A stretch of DNA of 56,846 nucleotides from contig CALRAM010000004.1 in NCBI GenBank assembly GCA_943353165.1, forward strand, positions 1 to 56,846, read 5' to 3'. The translations under genes were made by a program, and so were the position numbers. Numbering within the stretch: the stretch's first letter is position 1; the number at the start of each line of letters is the position of its first letter. The notes beneath the pieces were generated by a model. It saw only the letters and a program-made list of their open reading frames with translations. It was not told where the DNA came from and made no database searches. Source of the DNA: an uncultured Candidatus Saccharimonas sp. Lineage in GTDB: Bacteria > Patescibacteriota > Saccharimonadia > Saccharimonadales > OMJO01. This document shows positions 33,144 to 42,530 of the stretch, one piece after another.

Positions 33144-35018
33144 ATGGCTATGGACAAGAAATCTTTTAGACCAAAATCAAAAGCGCCAGAACCAAAAAAG
33201 CGCAATGCAAAGAATATCGGGTTTATTTTATTATTAATGCTGTTTGGTTTTATAGCATTTTCTGCATATGGTCAGCCATCCAAACTAAAGGACATATCGT
33301 TATCTGATGTCATAAAACAAGCCAACGCTGGCGATTACAAAAAAATCATCGCCAAAGGTGGTAGTCTGGAAATAATAAAAAAGGGCGAAGATAAAGCCAG
33401 CCTAAAATCGCATATAAATTCGCAGGTTAGCCTAAAAGATGAGGGCGTTGATTATTCAAAGGTTACCGTAGATTATCAGCCAGAATCCAGCACAGGTTCT
33501 ATGTGGCTACAGATAGGTGGAACTCTACTAATTCCGCTATTGATGTTTGGAGGTATATTTTATCTACTGCGTAGCGCTCAGGGGCAGGGAAACCAAGCTA
33601 TGAGTTTCGGCAAGAGCAAGGCACGGCTGTATGGCAATGAAAAAGACAAGATATCGTTTAAAAATGTTGCCGGCAGCGACGAAGCCAAGCAGGACCTACA
33701 GGAAGTCGTGGAGTTCCTGAAATATCCCAAAAAGTTTGAATCGGTCGGCGCAAAGATACCTAAAGGAGTATTGTTGGTTGGTCCTCCCGGAACAGGCAAA
33801 ACTATGCTGGCCAGAGCTGTAGCCGGCGAAGCCGATGTGCCTTTCTTTAGTATTTCTGGATCAGAATTCGTAGAGATGTTTGTCGGTGTTGGTGCCAGTA
33901 GAGTACGTGATTTGTTTACAAAGGCAAAGAAAAATGCACCTTGTATCATATTTGTAGACGAGATTGATGCCGTCGGACGACGAAGAGGTAGCGGTATGGG
34001 TGGCGGACACGATGAACGCGAACAAACCCTAAACCAGATATTAGTAGAGATGGACGGCTTTGAACAAGGCACGACTGTAATAGTGTTGGCAGCCACCAAC
34101 CGTGCAGATGTGCTGGATCCGGCATTGCTGCGACCAGGCAGGTTTGACCGTCGCGTAGATATTGATCTGCCAGATCGTAAAGACCGTGAAGCAATCTTAA
34201 AAGTACATTTTGACAAAAAGCCATTAGCCAAAGGTGTTGACCTAGACGCGCTAGCCGCAAAGTCTGCTGGATCCTCTGGGGCAGATTTGGCAAATATAGC
34301 AAATGAATCAGCTATATTGGCAGCCCGCCATAACAAAAACGAGATTACCCAGAGCGATGTAACTGCTGCATTTGAAAGAGTAGCCATAGGACCCGAACGA
34401 AAGAGCAAGGTGATGAGCGATCACGAAAAAGAGGTGACTGCCTATCACGAAGCAGGACACGCTTTAGTCGGTCATGTGTTGCCAGATAGCGACATGGTCC
34501 ACAAAGTTACCATTATTCCCCGCGGTGGAACTGGCGGTGTGACTTGGTTTATTCCGCCAGAGGACAAGAGCTACCACAACATCATAGAATACAAAGATGT
34601 ATTGGCTAGAATGCTAGGTGGCCGTATAGCAGAAGAAGTCGTATTTGGACCAGACCGCGTAACTACAGGTGCCGGCAACGACCTCCAGAAAGCATCTGAA
34701 CTGGCACGAGAGATGATAACCAATCAGGGCATGGGAACAAAACTTCGGGATCAGGTTTTTCACGTAGAAGACGGGATTATGATGGAGCGAATTATGCACG
34801 AACGCCAGTATAGCGACGAAACAGCTAAAGAGATAGATGATGAAATCGAAGCTCTTATAACTGAAGCCGCCACCCGAGCTCGAATAGTCATAAAGGCTAA
34901 CAGAGAAAAGCTAAATGAACTCCAAAAACGCCTCCAAGAAAAAGAAACAGTCGAAGCCGAAGAAGTGTTGGCTGTTCTAAAAGGCTCCATTATGCCAAAA
35001 GCAGCAGCACTTTATTAG
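33144..35018 (+). CDS. ftsH: ATP-dependent zinc metalloprotease FtsH
   Basis: Two TM helices, Walker A GPPGTGKT, Walker [13 protein letters not shown], and the HEAGHA zinc site. Confidence 0.97.
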   Translation: MAMDKKSFRPKSKAPEPKKRNAKNIGFILLLMLFGFIAFSAYGQPSKLKDISLSDVIKQANAGDYKKIIAKGGSLEIIKKGEDKASLKSHINSQVSLKDEGVDYSKVTVDYQPESSTGSMWLQIGGTLLIPLLMFGGIFYLLRSAQGQGNQAMSFGKSKARLYGNEKDKISFKNVAGSDEAKQDLQEVVEFLKYPKKFESVGAKIPKGVLLVGPPGTGKTMLARAVAGEADVPFFSISGSEFVEMFVGVGASRVRDLFTKAKKNAPCIIFVDEIDAVGRRRGSGMGGGHDEREQTLNQILVEMDGFEQGTTVIVLAATNRADVLDPALLRPGRFDRRVDIDLPDRKDREAILKVHFDKKPLAKGVDLDALAAKSAGSSGADLANIANESAILAARHNKNEITQSDVTAAFERVAIGPERKSKVMSDHEKEVTAYHEAGHALVGHVLPDSDMVHKVTIIPRGGTGGVTWFIPPEDKSYHNIIEYKDVLARMLGGRIAEEVVFGPDRVTTGAGNDLQKASELAREMITNQGMGTKLRDQVFHVEDGIMMERIMHERQYSDETAKEIDDEIEALITEAATRARIVIKANREKLNELQKRLQEKETVEAEEVLAVLKGSIMPKAAALY

Positions 35019-35072
35019 TTTTTGTAAGTTTGGGGCTATTTTAGAATACGATTTCTCTTTATACTAAGAGGA

Positions 35073-36665
35073 ATGAAAAGACTTCTTAATCGTGCCAACA
35101 AGCGTGTTAGTTTCAGCAATGCAGCAACGTTGTTGATAGTTGTGGCCTTGTTTGGTCAGTTACTGGGGTTTTTTCGTAATCGTTTGGTCAGTACCAACTT
35201 TACAGTAGTAAATCCAGGTAGCACTGACGCTTTTTTTGCCGCATTTCTGATACCTGACTTCTTTTTTCTGACTATAGCGGCTGGAGCCTTGGGTGTAGCA
35301 TTTGTGCCTGTCCTGGCAGACCAGCTGCGTCGGGGTGACGAAAAAGGTTTGTGGGAAATAACCAATAGTTTGCTGAGTTTGCTGACTATAGTGATGCTGA
35401 TTGTAGGGGTGATTATTTTTGTATTTGCTGGTCCGTTACTGAGTCATGTTGTGGCCCCTAGTTTGTCGCCACAGCAACTCCACGACGCCACACTGATAAT
35501 GAGGATCATAGCACTGAATCCACTATTGTTTACGCTCTCTGGTATTTTGACTAGCGTACAGCAAACATTTGGGCGATTCTTTTTCTATGCGATTGCCCCG
35601 TTGTTTTATAACTTATCTATCATAGTTAGCGTTTATCTGTTCAAGGATAATTTGGGTATAGTAGGATTGGGCGTTGGAGCTTTTATAGGTGCAACATTAC
35701 AACTATTGGTAGCTATTTTAGGTCTTTGGGGTCTAAAATTTAGGTACAAACCCAGGATAAACTTCAAGTCCATCGGGCTAAAGCAAGTCCTACATCAACT
35801 GCCGGCGCGGTCGATTGATTTGGGTATAGACTCTATCAATAGTATCGTGGAAACTAACCGGGCAAAGATGCTAGGCGATGGGCCTGTCAGCTATTATCAC
35901 TATGCCAACACACTCCAAAACGTTCCTGTCATGTTGTTTGGCACTGCCATAGCAACCGCCGCTTTTCCTAGATTGGCAGACAAGCTTTCGCAGAACCGAC
36001 CGGACTTGTTTCATGCAGACTTTTTCAAGGTTCTGCGTATTATGATATGGATTGCTATGCCTGTGTCGGTTCTATCGTATTTTACCAGAGGCTATATGGC
36101 TAGATTGCTCTACGGTGGTGCTGCCCGTGATGTAGCCCAAATATTTGGATATTTGTCTTTGGCAATATTCTGTCGAATTATTTACACCATGTTGTCACGA
36201 TATTTTTATGCACAAAAAGACACCAAAACTCCACTGTTCGTTTCGCTTTTTGCCATCGGCTTGAACATCATTCTAGTTATCCAGCTAGCCAAACCATCGG
36301 CTTATGGTATGACTGGTTTGGCAATGGCTCAGTCGATAGTCGCCTTTGTAGAGGTAGTACTGCTGGGTACTATTATGTTGGCCCGCGATCCAGATTTGTT
36401 CAATCGTGCCTTTTGGAGTGCTTGTGCAAAAATTCTATCGGTTACCGGATTTACGGTCGTTACTGCCTTTACGATGGTTTCTCTACTGCCACTGGGGTTG
36501 AGCGACAAAGGCTTTGTAACATTAGGTCTAAAGCTGTTTACAATTTTGGCAGTCACTATGTCTGTACATATCGGAATGTCCGCTTTGTTTGGACTAGAAG
36601 AGTCAAAATTGGTCTTGAAAAAGCTTCGCCAGTTGATTTGGCGTCCTGTTCGTATATTAGAATAG
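35073..36665 (+). CDS. murJ: lipid II flippase MurJ (MviN family)
   Basis: 530 aa, ~14 TM helices, with a typical N-terminus (LLGFFRNRLVSTNFG-like) and the MOP-superfamily pattern. Confidence 0.88.
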   Translation: MKRLLNRANKRVSFSNAATLLIVVALFGQLLGFFRNRLVSTNFTVVNPGSTDAFFAAFLIPDFFFLTIAAGALGVAFVPVLADQLRRGDEKGLWEITNSLLSLLTIVMLIVGVIIFVFAGPLLSHVVAPSLSPQQLHDATLIMRIIALNPLLFTLSGILTSVQQTFGRFFFYAIAPLFYNLSIIVSVYLFKDNLGIVGLGVGAFIGATLQLLVAILGLWGLKFRYKPRINFKSIGLKQVLHQLPARSIDLGIDSINSIVETNRAKMLGDGPVSYYHYANTLQNVPVMLFGTAIATAAFPRLADKLSQNRPDLFHADFFKVLRIMIWIAMPVSVLSYFTRGYMARLLYGGAARDVAQIFGYLSLAIFCRIIYTMLSRYFYAQKDTKTPLFVSLFAIGLNIILVIQLAKPSAYGMTGLAMAQSIVAFVEVVLLGTIMLARDPDLFNRAFWSACAKILSVTGFTVVTAFTMVSLLPLGLSDKGFVTLGLKLFTILAVTMSVHIGMSALFGLEESKLVLKKLRQLIWRPVRILE

Positions 36666-36683
36666 TTAGTCGCCTCTGTTATA

Positions 36684-38474
36684 ATGGCACTCATGCACCA
36701 GGAACACATAAGAAATTTTTGTATCATAGCTCATATTGACCACGGCAAAAGTACCTTGGCTGATAGATTATTAGAATTGACAGGAACTGTAGAAAAACGA
36801 GCCATGAAAGCTCAGCATTTGGACAAGATGGACTTGGAGCGAGAAAAAGGCATTACTATAAAGCTTGCACCTGTTCGTATGAAGTACAATGATTACGAGC
36901 TCAATCTCATAGATACTCCTGGGCATGTAGATTTTAGTTATGAAGTTTCCAGAAGTCTTCAGGCGTGCGAAGGGGCAGTATTGGTGGTAGACGCCAGCCA
37001 GGGCATTCAGGCACAGACGCTGGCCAATGTATATTTGGCGCTAGAAGCTGATTTGACGATTATACCCGTATTAAACAAAATTGATTTGCCTGCCGCTGAT
37101 GTAGATAGAGTTAGTGCAGAGGTTGTCAGTTTGTTGGGCTGTAACAAAGATGATATTTTGCACATTTCTGCAAAAACAGGACAGGGTGTTCCAGAAGTTT
37201 TGGACAAAATAGTTATGTCTGTCCCAGCTCCAAAAAATAGCAGCGCACCGACCACCCGAGCCCTGATATTCGACAGTTATTACGATGATTATCGGGGGGT
37301 AATATTGTATGTCAGGGTTGTGGATGGATTGATAGCAAAGGGTGATCAAGTGTCTATGCTGGCTACAGGTGCGAATGGTATAGCTTTGGAAGTTGGTGCA
37401 CTACGGCCCGAGATGTCTGCTACGAATGTGCTGAATACGGGAGAAATAGGCTACATTGTTACCAACCTAAAAAGCACCCGCGAGGCGCGCGTTGGCGATA
37501 CGGTTACATTGTCCAAAAATCCAGCTACAGACATGCTACCCGGCTACAAAGATGTAAAGCCCTTTGTTTATGCCGGATTTTTTCCAGAAAGTAACGAATT
37601 CTATCAGGAGCTAAAAGACGCTATAGAAAAACTCAGTCTTAGCGACTCTGCCCTACAATTTCAGCCAGAAAATTCACCCGTATTGGGCTTTGGTGTTCGT
37701 ATAGGGTTTTTGGGGCTGTTGCATATGGATATCGTCCGCGAACGGTTGATCCGTGAATACGATTTGTCTTTGGTAGTAACTAATCCATCTACTGACTACG
37801 AGATTTCTCTGTTAAACGGCGACCAGCTAGACATAAAGAGCGCGGCAGATTTGCCAGACCCAGCCAAAATACTAGAGATACGCGAACCATGGATAAAAGG
37901 CGAAGTAGTCTGTCCCAAAGAATATGTCGGGGCGGTTATACAGTTAATAGTGGGCAAGCGTGGGTTGCAGAAAAACCTGGGCTATGTAGATGCTCAGCTG
38001 GCTCTGGTAACATTCGAGGCGCCTTTGGCGAATTTGTTGACAGATTTTTATGACCAACTAAAGAGTATCACCAGTGGATATGGCTCGTTTAACTATGAAT
38101 TAGACAGTTACCGTGCCGAGGATCTGGTCAAGCTTGATTTTTATGTGGCCGGCGAGCGCGTGGATGCACTTAGCATCATGGTACATCGCAGCGAGGCGCA
38201 GGGTCTGGGCAGATCAGTGGTTGCCAAACTAAAAGAAGTAATTCCTCGTCATAATTTTCAGGTGGCTTTGCAGGCTGGAGTGGGTGGCAAATTTGTAGCC
38301 CGCGAAGATATTAGTGCATACCGCAAAGATGTTACTACGGGTTTGTACGGCGGTGATGTGTCCAGGAAAAAGAAAGTTTTGGCCAAGCAAGCAAAGGGCA
38401 AAAAGCGTATGAAACGCTTTGGTCGTGTAGATATACCTGCAGAAGCCTTTACCGTATTGCTAAAGCGCGACTAG
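36684..38474 (+). CDS. lepA: translation elongation factor 4
   Basis: IRNFCIIAHIDHGKSTLADRLL, DTPGHVDF and NKIDLP GTPase motifs. LepA-specific C-terminus ...GKKRMKRFGRVDIPAEAF. Confidence 0.97.
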   Translation: MALMHQEHIRNFCIIAHIDHGKSTLADRLLELTGTVEKRAMKAQHLDKMDLEREKGITIKLAPVRMKYNDYELNLIDTPGHVDFSYEVSRSLQACEGAVLVVDASQGIQAQTLANVYLALEADLTIIPVLNKIDLPAADVDRVSAEVVSLLGCNKDDILHISAKTGQGVPEVLDKIVMSVPAPKNSSAPTTRALIFDSYYDDYRGVILYVRVVDGLIAKGDQVSMLATGANGIALEVGALRPEMSATNVLNTGEIGYIVTNLKSTREARVGDTVTLSKNPATDMLPGYKDVKPFVYAGFFPESNEFYQELKDAIEKLSLSDSALQFQPENSPVLGFGVRIGFLGLLHMDIVRERLIREYDLSLVVTNPSTDYEISLLNGDQLDIKSAADLPDPAKILEIREPWIKGEVVCPKEYVGAVIQLIVGKRGLQKNLGYVDAQLALVTFEAPLANLLTDFYDQLKSITSGYGSFNYELDSYRAEDLVKLDFYVAGERVDALSIMVHRSEAQGLGRSVVAKLKEVIPRHNFQVALQAGVGGKFVAREDISAYRKDVTTGLYGGDVSRKKKVLAKQAKGKKRMKRFGRVDIPAEAFTVLLKRD

Positions 38475-38477
38475 TAT

Positions 38478-38945
38478 TTATTTTCCAGATTGGAGGATTT
38501 CTAAATCTCTAATTATTTGGGCGGCGTGTCCTAGGGGCGTAACTTTGGGGTAATTTTTTACGATATTACCAGACGGGTCAATTATAAAGGTGCTGCGTAC
38601 AGCGCCGACATATAGTTTTCCGGCTATACTGCGTTTTGCCCATTCATTATAGGATTTTATGGTTTTGGATGTTGTATCGCTCAGTAGCGTGAAGTTGAGG
38701 CTATGTTTTTGGGCAAATTTTTTGTGACTTTCTACGGAATCTTTGCTGATCCCAACAACAACAGCATTGCCATATTCTGCTATGGCATCGCGTTCGTCCC
38801 GAAAAGCGCAGGCTTCTGCGGTACAACCGGGAGTGCCATCACGCGGATAAAAATATAACACTACCCATTTACCTGCAAAATCTTTTAGGCTATGTTTTTT
38901 GCCGTTCTGGTCAGGTAGTAAAAAATCAGGGGCTAGTTTGTTCAT
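38478..38945 (-). CDS. bcp: peroxiredoxin (Bcp/PrxQ type)
   Basis: APDFLLPDQNGKKHSLKDF...YFYPRDGTPGCTAEAC. Preferred start is MNKLAPDF. The track ORF runs to 38993. Confidence 0.9.
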   Translation of the reverse strand: MNKLAPDFLLPDQNGKKHSLKDFAGKWVVLYFYPRDGTPGCTAEACAFRDERDAIAEYGNAVVVGISKDSVESHKKFAQKHSLNFTLLSDTTSKTIKSYNEWAKRSIAGKLYVGAVRSTFIIDPSGNIVKNYPKVTPLGHAAQIIRDLEILQSGK

Positions 38946-38984
38946 ATGCTTTCTCGTAGGTGTTATTTCTGGTATAACTGTAGC

Positions 38985-39719
38985 ATGAATCAACTAAAAT
39001 ATCTGACAGAGTTTCGTTCAGTTCTAAAAAATTATCGGGTTTCCAACCAAAAAGAGGAACTATTTTCTGGGCTAGATCTGGTTCTGTTAGCCGGCGCCTC
39101 TTCCAGTGGTAGGAACACTATAATTCGTCAGTTGTTAAAGACGGAAAAATATAAATTTATCGTTTCCGACACGACACGTACTCCACGCGTAAACGACGGC
39201 AAGCCAGAGCAAAACGGCGTAGAATACTGGTTCAGGTCAGAAACAGATATGCTCAAAGATTTGCAGGCAGGAGAGTACCTAGAGGCAGCGATAATCCACA
39301 ACCAACAAGTTTCTGGAATCAGCCTCAGAGAACTAGAAAAATCCAAAAAATCCGGCAAGGTAGCCATAACAGACATAGAAATTGTTGGAGTAAACAGCAT
39401 TATGCAGGCAAAACCGAACACATTGGCTATTTTTGTGGTGCCACCAAGTTTTGATGAATGGTACAAGCGCATAAATGCTAGAGGACAAATGGATCCCACG
39501 GAGCGCAAAAGGCGTTTACAAACATCACTGAACGAATTCAACAGCGCGCTTGATCAGCCATATTATGTCTTTGTGGTAAACGATAAATTGTCCGACACCG
39601 TAGCGGAAATAGACAAACTGGCTTTTGGCAAAGAACCGGACCTAGCTGCACAGGCAAAAAACAGAGAATTGATAAAACAAATTTGTGCAGAGACAGCCAA
39701 CTACCTAAAAACCATTTAA
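38985..39719 (+). CDS. guanylate kinase-like P-loop kinase (divergent)
   Basis: GASSSGRNT P-loop, SDTTRTPR, GVEYWF. Preferred start is MNQLKYL. About 40 aa longer than canonical Gmk. Confidence 0.72.
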   Translation: MNQLKYLTEFRSVLKNYRVSNQKEELFSGLDLVLLAGASSSGRNTIIRQLLKTEKYKFIVSDTTRTPRVNDGKPEQNGVEYWFRSETDMLKDLQAGEYLEAAIIHNQQVSGISLRELEKSKKSGKVAITDIEIVGVNSIMQAKPNTLAIFVVPPSFDEWYKRINARGQMDPTERKRRLQTSLNEFNSALDQPYYVFVVNDKLSDTVAEIDKLAFGKEPDLAAQAKNRELIKQICAETANYLKTI

Positions 39720-39803
39720 CCTAGCTAAGGCTACAACTCACTCAGGGCTTCAAAGAAAAACAGCTAAACTATACCTATAAGCCAGACCAGCCAACAAGCC
39801 GGA

Positions 39804-39830
39804 CTGGCACTCTTGCCCTCTGAGCGCCAA
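39804..39830 (+). promoter_or_regulatory. CIRCE-like HrcA operator upstream of hrcA
   Basis: CTGGCACTC-N9-GAGCGCCAA. Compare the canonical TTAGCACTC-N9-GAGTGCTAA. Confidence 0.7.
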
Positions 39831-39852
39831 AGTGATATAGTTTTATTTAGTT

Positions 39853-40557
39853 ATGACAGATAGACAGCACAAAATTTTATCTGCAATAGTGGAGCAGTAT
39901 GCAGAGGTAGCTAGTCCTGTTGGTTCTAGTTTGCTAGCAAAGGTTTTCGGAGTTTCATCGGCCACTATTCGGGCAGAAATGGTAGAGTTGGAGCGAAATG
40001 GCTACATACATCAACCGCATACTAGCGCTGGCCGTATCCCTACCGATAAAGGGTACAGGATGTATGTAAATAACGTTGGAGAGCATAAAGAGACAAGCGA
40101 TCAGCGTAGGGCTTCTAGGGCTTTGACGGCACGGGTTGAAGGTGGAGGTTTGCCCGAGCGGACTATCCGTAACGCCGTAGATACACTGGTTGAACTGACT
40201 CACAATTTGGGCATGGCAACACTGGGCGACCAGCTATATATGAGCGGCCTGTCTAATCTGTTTGGTCAGCCCGAATTTATTGACGGTACTCAGGTTCAAC
40301 AGGTAGCTAGACTGCTAGATAACTTAGAACCATGGCTCAGAGAAGCAGCTCCAAATGAACCCCTCAGCGTTTATATTGGTGCCGAAAATCCTATCGGCCG
40401 CAACGCCGGCGCCAGTCTGATAATCAGTCGATTTCGCAGTCCATATAGCGACCGTAGCTACATAGGAGTACTAGGACCTACGCGTCAACAATACAGAGAT
40501 GTAATGCGTTTGGTCAGCCAAGCGGGCAAGGCTCTAGAGGAAGCCCTCTATGAATAA
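39853..40557 (+). CDS. hrcA: heat-inducible transcription repressor HrcA (short form, 234 aa)
   Basis: N-terminal wHTH: RQHKILSAIVEQYAEVASPVGSSLLAK...SSATIRAEMVELERNGYIHQPHTSAGRIPTDKGYRMYV. Confidence 0.88.
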   Translation: MTDRQHKILSAIVEQYAEVASPVGSSLLAKVFGVSSATIRAEMVELERNGYIHQPHTSAGRIPTDKGYRMYVNNVGEHKETSDQRRASRALTARVEGGGLPERTIRNAVDTLVELTHNLGMATLGDQLYMSGLSNLFGQPEFIDGTQVQQVARLLDNLEPWLREAAPNEPLSVYIGAENPIGRNAGASLIISRFRSPYSDRSYIGVLGPTRQQYRDVMRLVSQAGKALEEALYE

Positions 40558-40816
40558 AGTTATAGATCCGCGGTTTTTTGAACAGCCTGGGTTTTTGACC
40601 CTTTTTAACGCGTGGAGCGATGTTTTTGAAAAATCAGACGGAGATTATGTCTTGTCTGCTGATAGAGCGCTTGCTATAGTCGAAGATGTCAGCCTTCAAG
40701 TCGAGATTTCTAATCAAGTGGAAAAAGCTGCGTTAATCAGTCTGGAAAGTGTGGCTTGTCGCTACGCTCAGGAAGTTATATTTCAAGCAAATGAGGTAAA
40801 TCATGAACTCCAATAA
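40550..40816 (+). CDS. hypothetical 88-aa protein inside the hrcA-grpE operon
   Basis: The ORF overlaps the hrcA stop by 8 nt and the grpE start by 14 nt. No recognisable motif. Confidence 0.55.
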   Translation: MNKVIDPRFFEQPGFLTLFNAWSDVFEKSDGDYVLSADRALAIVEDVSLQVEISNQVEKAALISLESVACRYAQEVIFQANEVNHELQ

Positions 40817-41261
40817 ACCAAAAAAACTATCAAAAACTGCTAGCGAAGTAGCTGTTCTGACAGAAGCCCTGCAACGAGAGCGAGCCGACGCTATGAATAT
40901 TCGCCGACAACACCAGGATCAACTAGCCAATCTAAAGACAATCATTAGGGCAGATGTCGTAGTCGGCCTTTTGCCAGTTATAGACAACTTTGAGCGAGCT
41001 CTAAAACACGTGCCAAAAGAACTAGAAAAAAATGATTATATAAAAGGCATCAATTCTGTGGTGTCGCAGTTCGAAAACACCCTAAAAACTATGGGGGTAG
41101 AACGCATCAAAACCGTTGGTCAACCTTTTGACCCAGAACTCCACCAAGCAGTTAGTGCTGAAGACGGTGATGGCGAAGAAATAGTCAGCGAAGAGCTTCA
41201 GGCAGGATACAAAATAGGCAAAGATGTTATCCGGCATGCTATGGTCAGGGTCAAGAGATAA
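40803..41261 (+). CDS. grpE: nucleotide exchange factor GrpE (compact, 152 aa)
   Basis: LLPVIDNFERAL, FDPELHQAV and GYKIGKDVIRHAMVRV motifs. Confidence 0.92.
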   Translation: MNSNKPKKLSKTASEVAVLTEALQRERADAMNIRRQHQDQLANLKTIIRADVVVGLLPVIDNFERALKHVPKELEKNDYIKGINSVVSQFENTLKTMGVERIKTVGQPFDPELHQAVSAEDGDGEEIVSEELQAGYKIGKDVIRHAMVRVKR

Positions 41262-41536
41262 TGGCCACGATTTTGGGCAATTTGAGCGAGTACATAGACA
41301 CAATCCCTATGCCTATGAACATGAGCGAATATAACTTGGCAGCCAATTCTGAAAAAATAGTAGATATGTACAGCACCGTGGGGGCATATATAATGCAATC
41401 TCTAGAGATAGACCCAAATATAGAAAAAATAGATATATTATTGCAACTAAAAGACGAGAAAAATATCGTCAGATATAGATGCGATGTGCCCGAAGAGTAC
41501 GATATGGTAACATATAGCGAAGATTACGAAGACTGA
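41261..41536 (+). CDS. hypothetical acidic 91-aa protein
   Basis: TAATG overlap with grpE. No recognisable motif. Confidence 0.55.
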   Translation: MATILGNLSEYIDTIPMPMNMSEYNLAANSEKIVDMYSTVGAYIMQSLEIDPNIEKIDILLQLKDEKNIVRYRCDVPEEYDMVTYSEDYED

Positions 41537-41657
41537 AAACAATATATCTTTTTTGCTATACTACAGAGCTATAAACGGACTGGGCTTTGCAACGATAATG
41601 TCTTTTGGTGTTTTGGCACAATATTATATAATATATTAGTAAACGAGGTGATTTCAG

Positions 41658-42377
41658 GTGACAGAAATAATGATAGAGTCCCAACTAGCATCATTGGCGC
41701 CACTTGTCAGAGATTACACGCCTGCCAATAATGTCCTAGAACATCTAGGTTCTGTAGATATTGTGACCCTCAGTGGGACAGCTGGTGCAGGCAAAGACAC
41801 ATTGCGCAATCTGATGCCCTACCCAAAAGTAGTGTCTCTGACTTCCAGAGATAAAAGAGAAAACGAGACAGAGGGCCAGGACTATAATTTTTATAATACA
41901 TCCCAGAAAATGGACGAATTAGGCGAGGCATTGGCCAACAACGAGCTGGTGCAGGTAAAACTTGGTCCTACTGGACATTTATACGGTAGCATGGCGAATG
42001 CCTATCCTAGTCGGGGCATAGCTCTGATGGACTGTGTGGCCAGTCAGGCCCAAGAGTTCCGCGATCTAGGCTTTAAAAGTTGCAAAAATATTTATATTAC
42101 CCCAGTCAGTTTCTCTGAACTATTGGCCAGACTGACAAAGCGAAATTCAGAGACACCAGGTAGTTTGATAAAAAGATTCATAGAAGGAGTAAGCTCTTTA
42201 GAAACGGGTTTATCAGACCCAGAGTTTATGTTTGTGCTAAATGACAACCTTGGCGTTGCCATAGACCATACTATGGATATTGTTCAGGATATGGACGTGC
42301 CTAGTTCTAGGCAAAGAATTGCTAGAAATGCTGGCGCAGCGGTCCTAGGCGATATGCTGGAATATATAGATTTATAA
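41658..42377 (+). CDS. second guanylate-kinase-like P-loop protein (divergent paralogue)
   Basis: GTAGAGKDT P-loop, SLTSRDKRENETEGQDYNF, GHLYGS. GTG start with GAGGTG RBS. Lies between grpE and dnaK. Confidence 0.68.
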   Translation: MTEIMIESQLASLAPLVRDYTPANNVLEHLGSVDIVTLSGTAGAGKDTLRNLMPYPKVVSLTSRDKRENETEGQDYNFYNTSQKMDELGEALANNELVQVKLGPTGHLYGSMANAYPSRGIALMDCVASQAQEFRDLGFKSCKNIYITPVSFSELLARLTKRNSETPGSLIKRFIEGVSSLETGLSDPEFMFVLNDNLGVAIDHTMDIVQDMDVPSSRQRIARNAGAAVLGDMLEYIDL

Positions 42378-42428
42378 CCAAAATATCACCCAGCTAGCCA
42401 CGCCGCCACCAGCCTAGAAACTATTTTA

Positions 42429-42455
42429 TTGGCACTCTTGACATGAGAGTGCCAA
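42429..42455 (+). promoter_or_regulatory. CIRCE-like HrcA operator overlapping the dnaK promoter
   Basis: Perfect inverted repeat TTGGCACTC-N9-GAGTGCCAA. The spacer contains TTGACA (42438-43), and a TATGAT -10 is downstream. Confidence 0.8.
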
Positions 42456-42530
42456 TTTTAGTATGATATACTTGTCATTGCATTAAAAGTGACAAGTCGA
42501 TAGAAAAGTTATAAATAAGGAGAATCAAAA

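Noticed and set aside
33578-34408. Long antisense 'shadow' ORFs inside well-conserved genes. Examples: 276 aa inside ftsH, 43232..43783 inside dnaK, 14396..15049 inside the CPA2 gene, 22287..22895, 7660..8235, 9500..9958, 19249..19839 and 17882..18322.
   Set aside because: Each is fully contained in, and antisense or out of frame to, a gene with strong family motifs. Their composition is Ser/Arg/Pro/Leu-rich and low-complexity, and they have no RBS.
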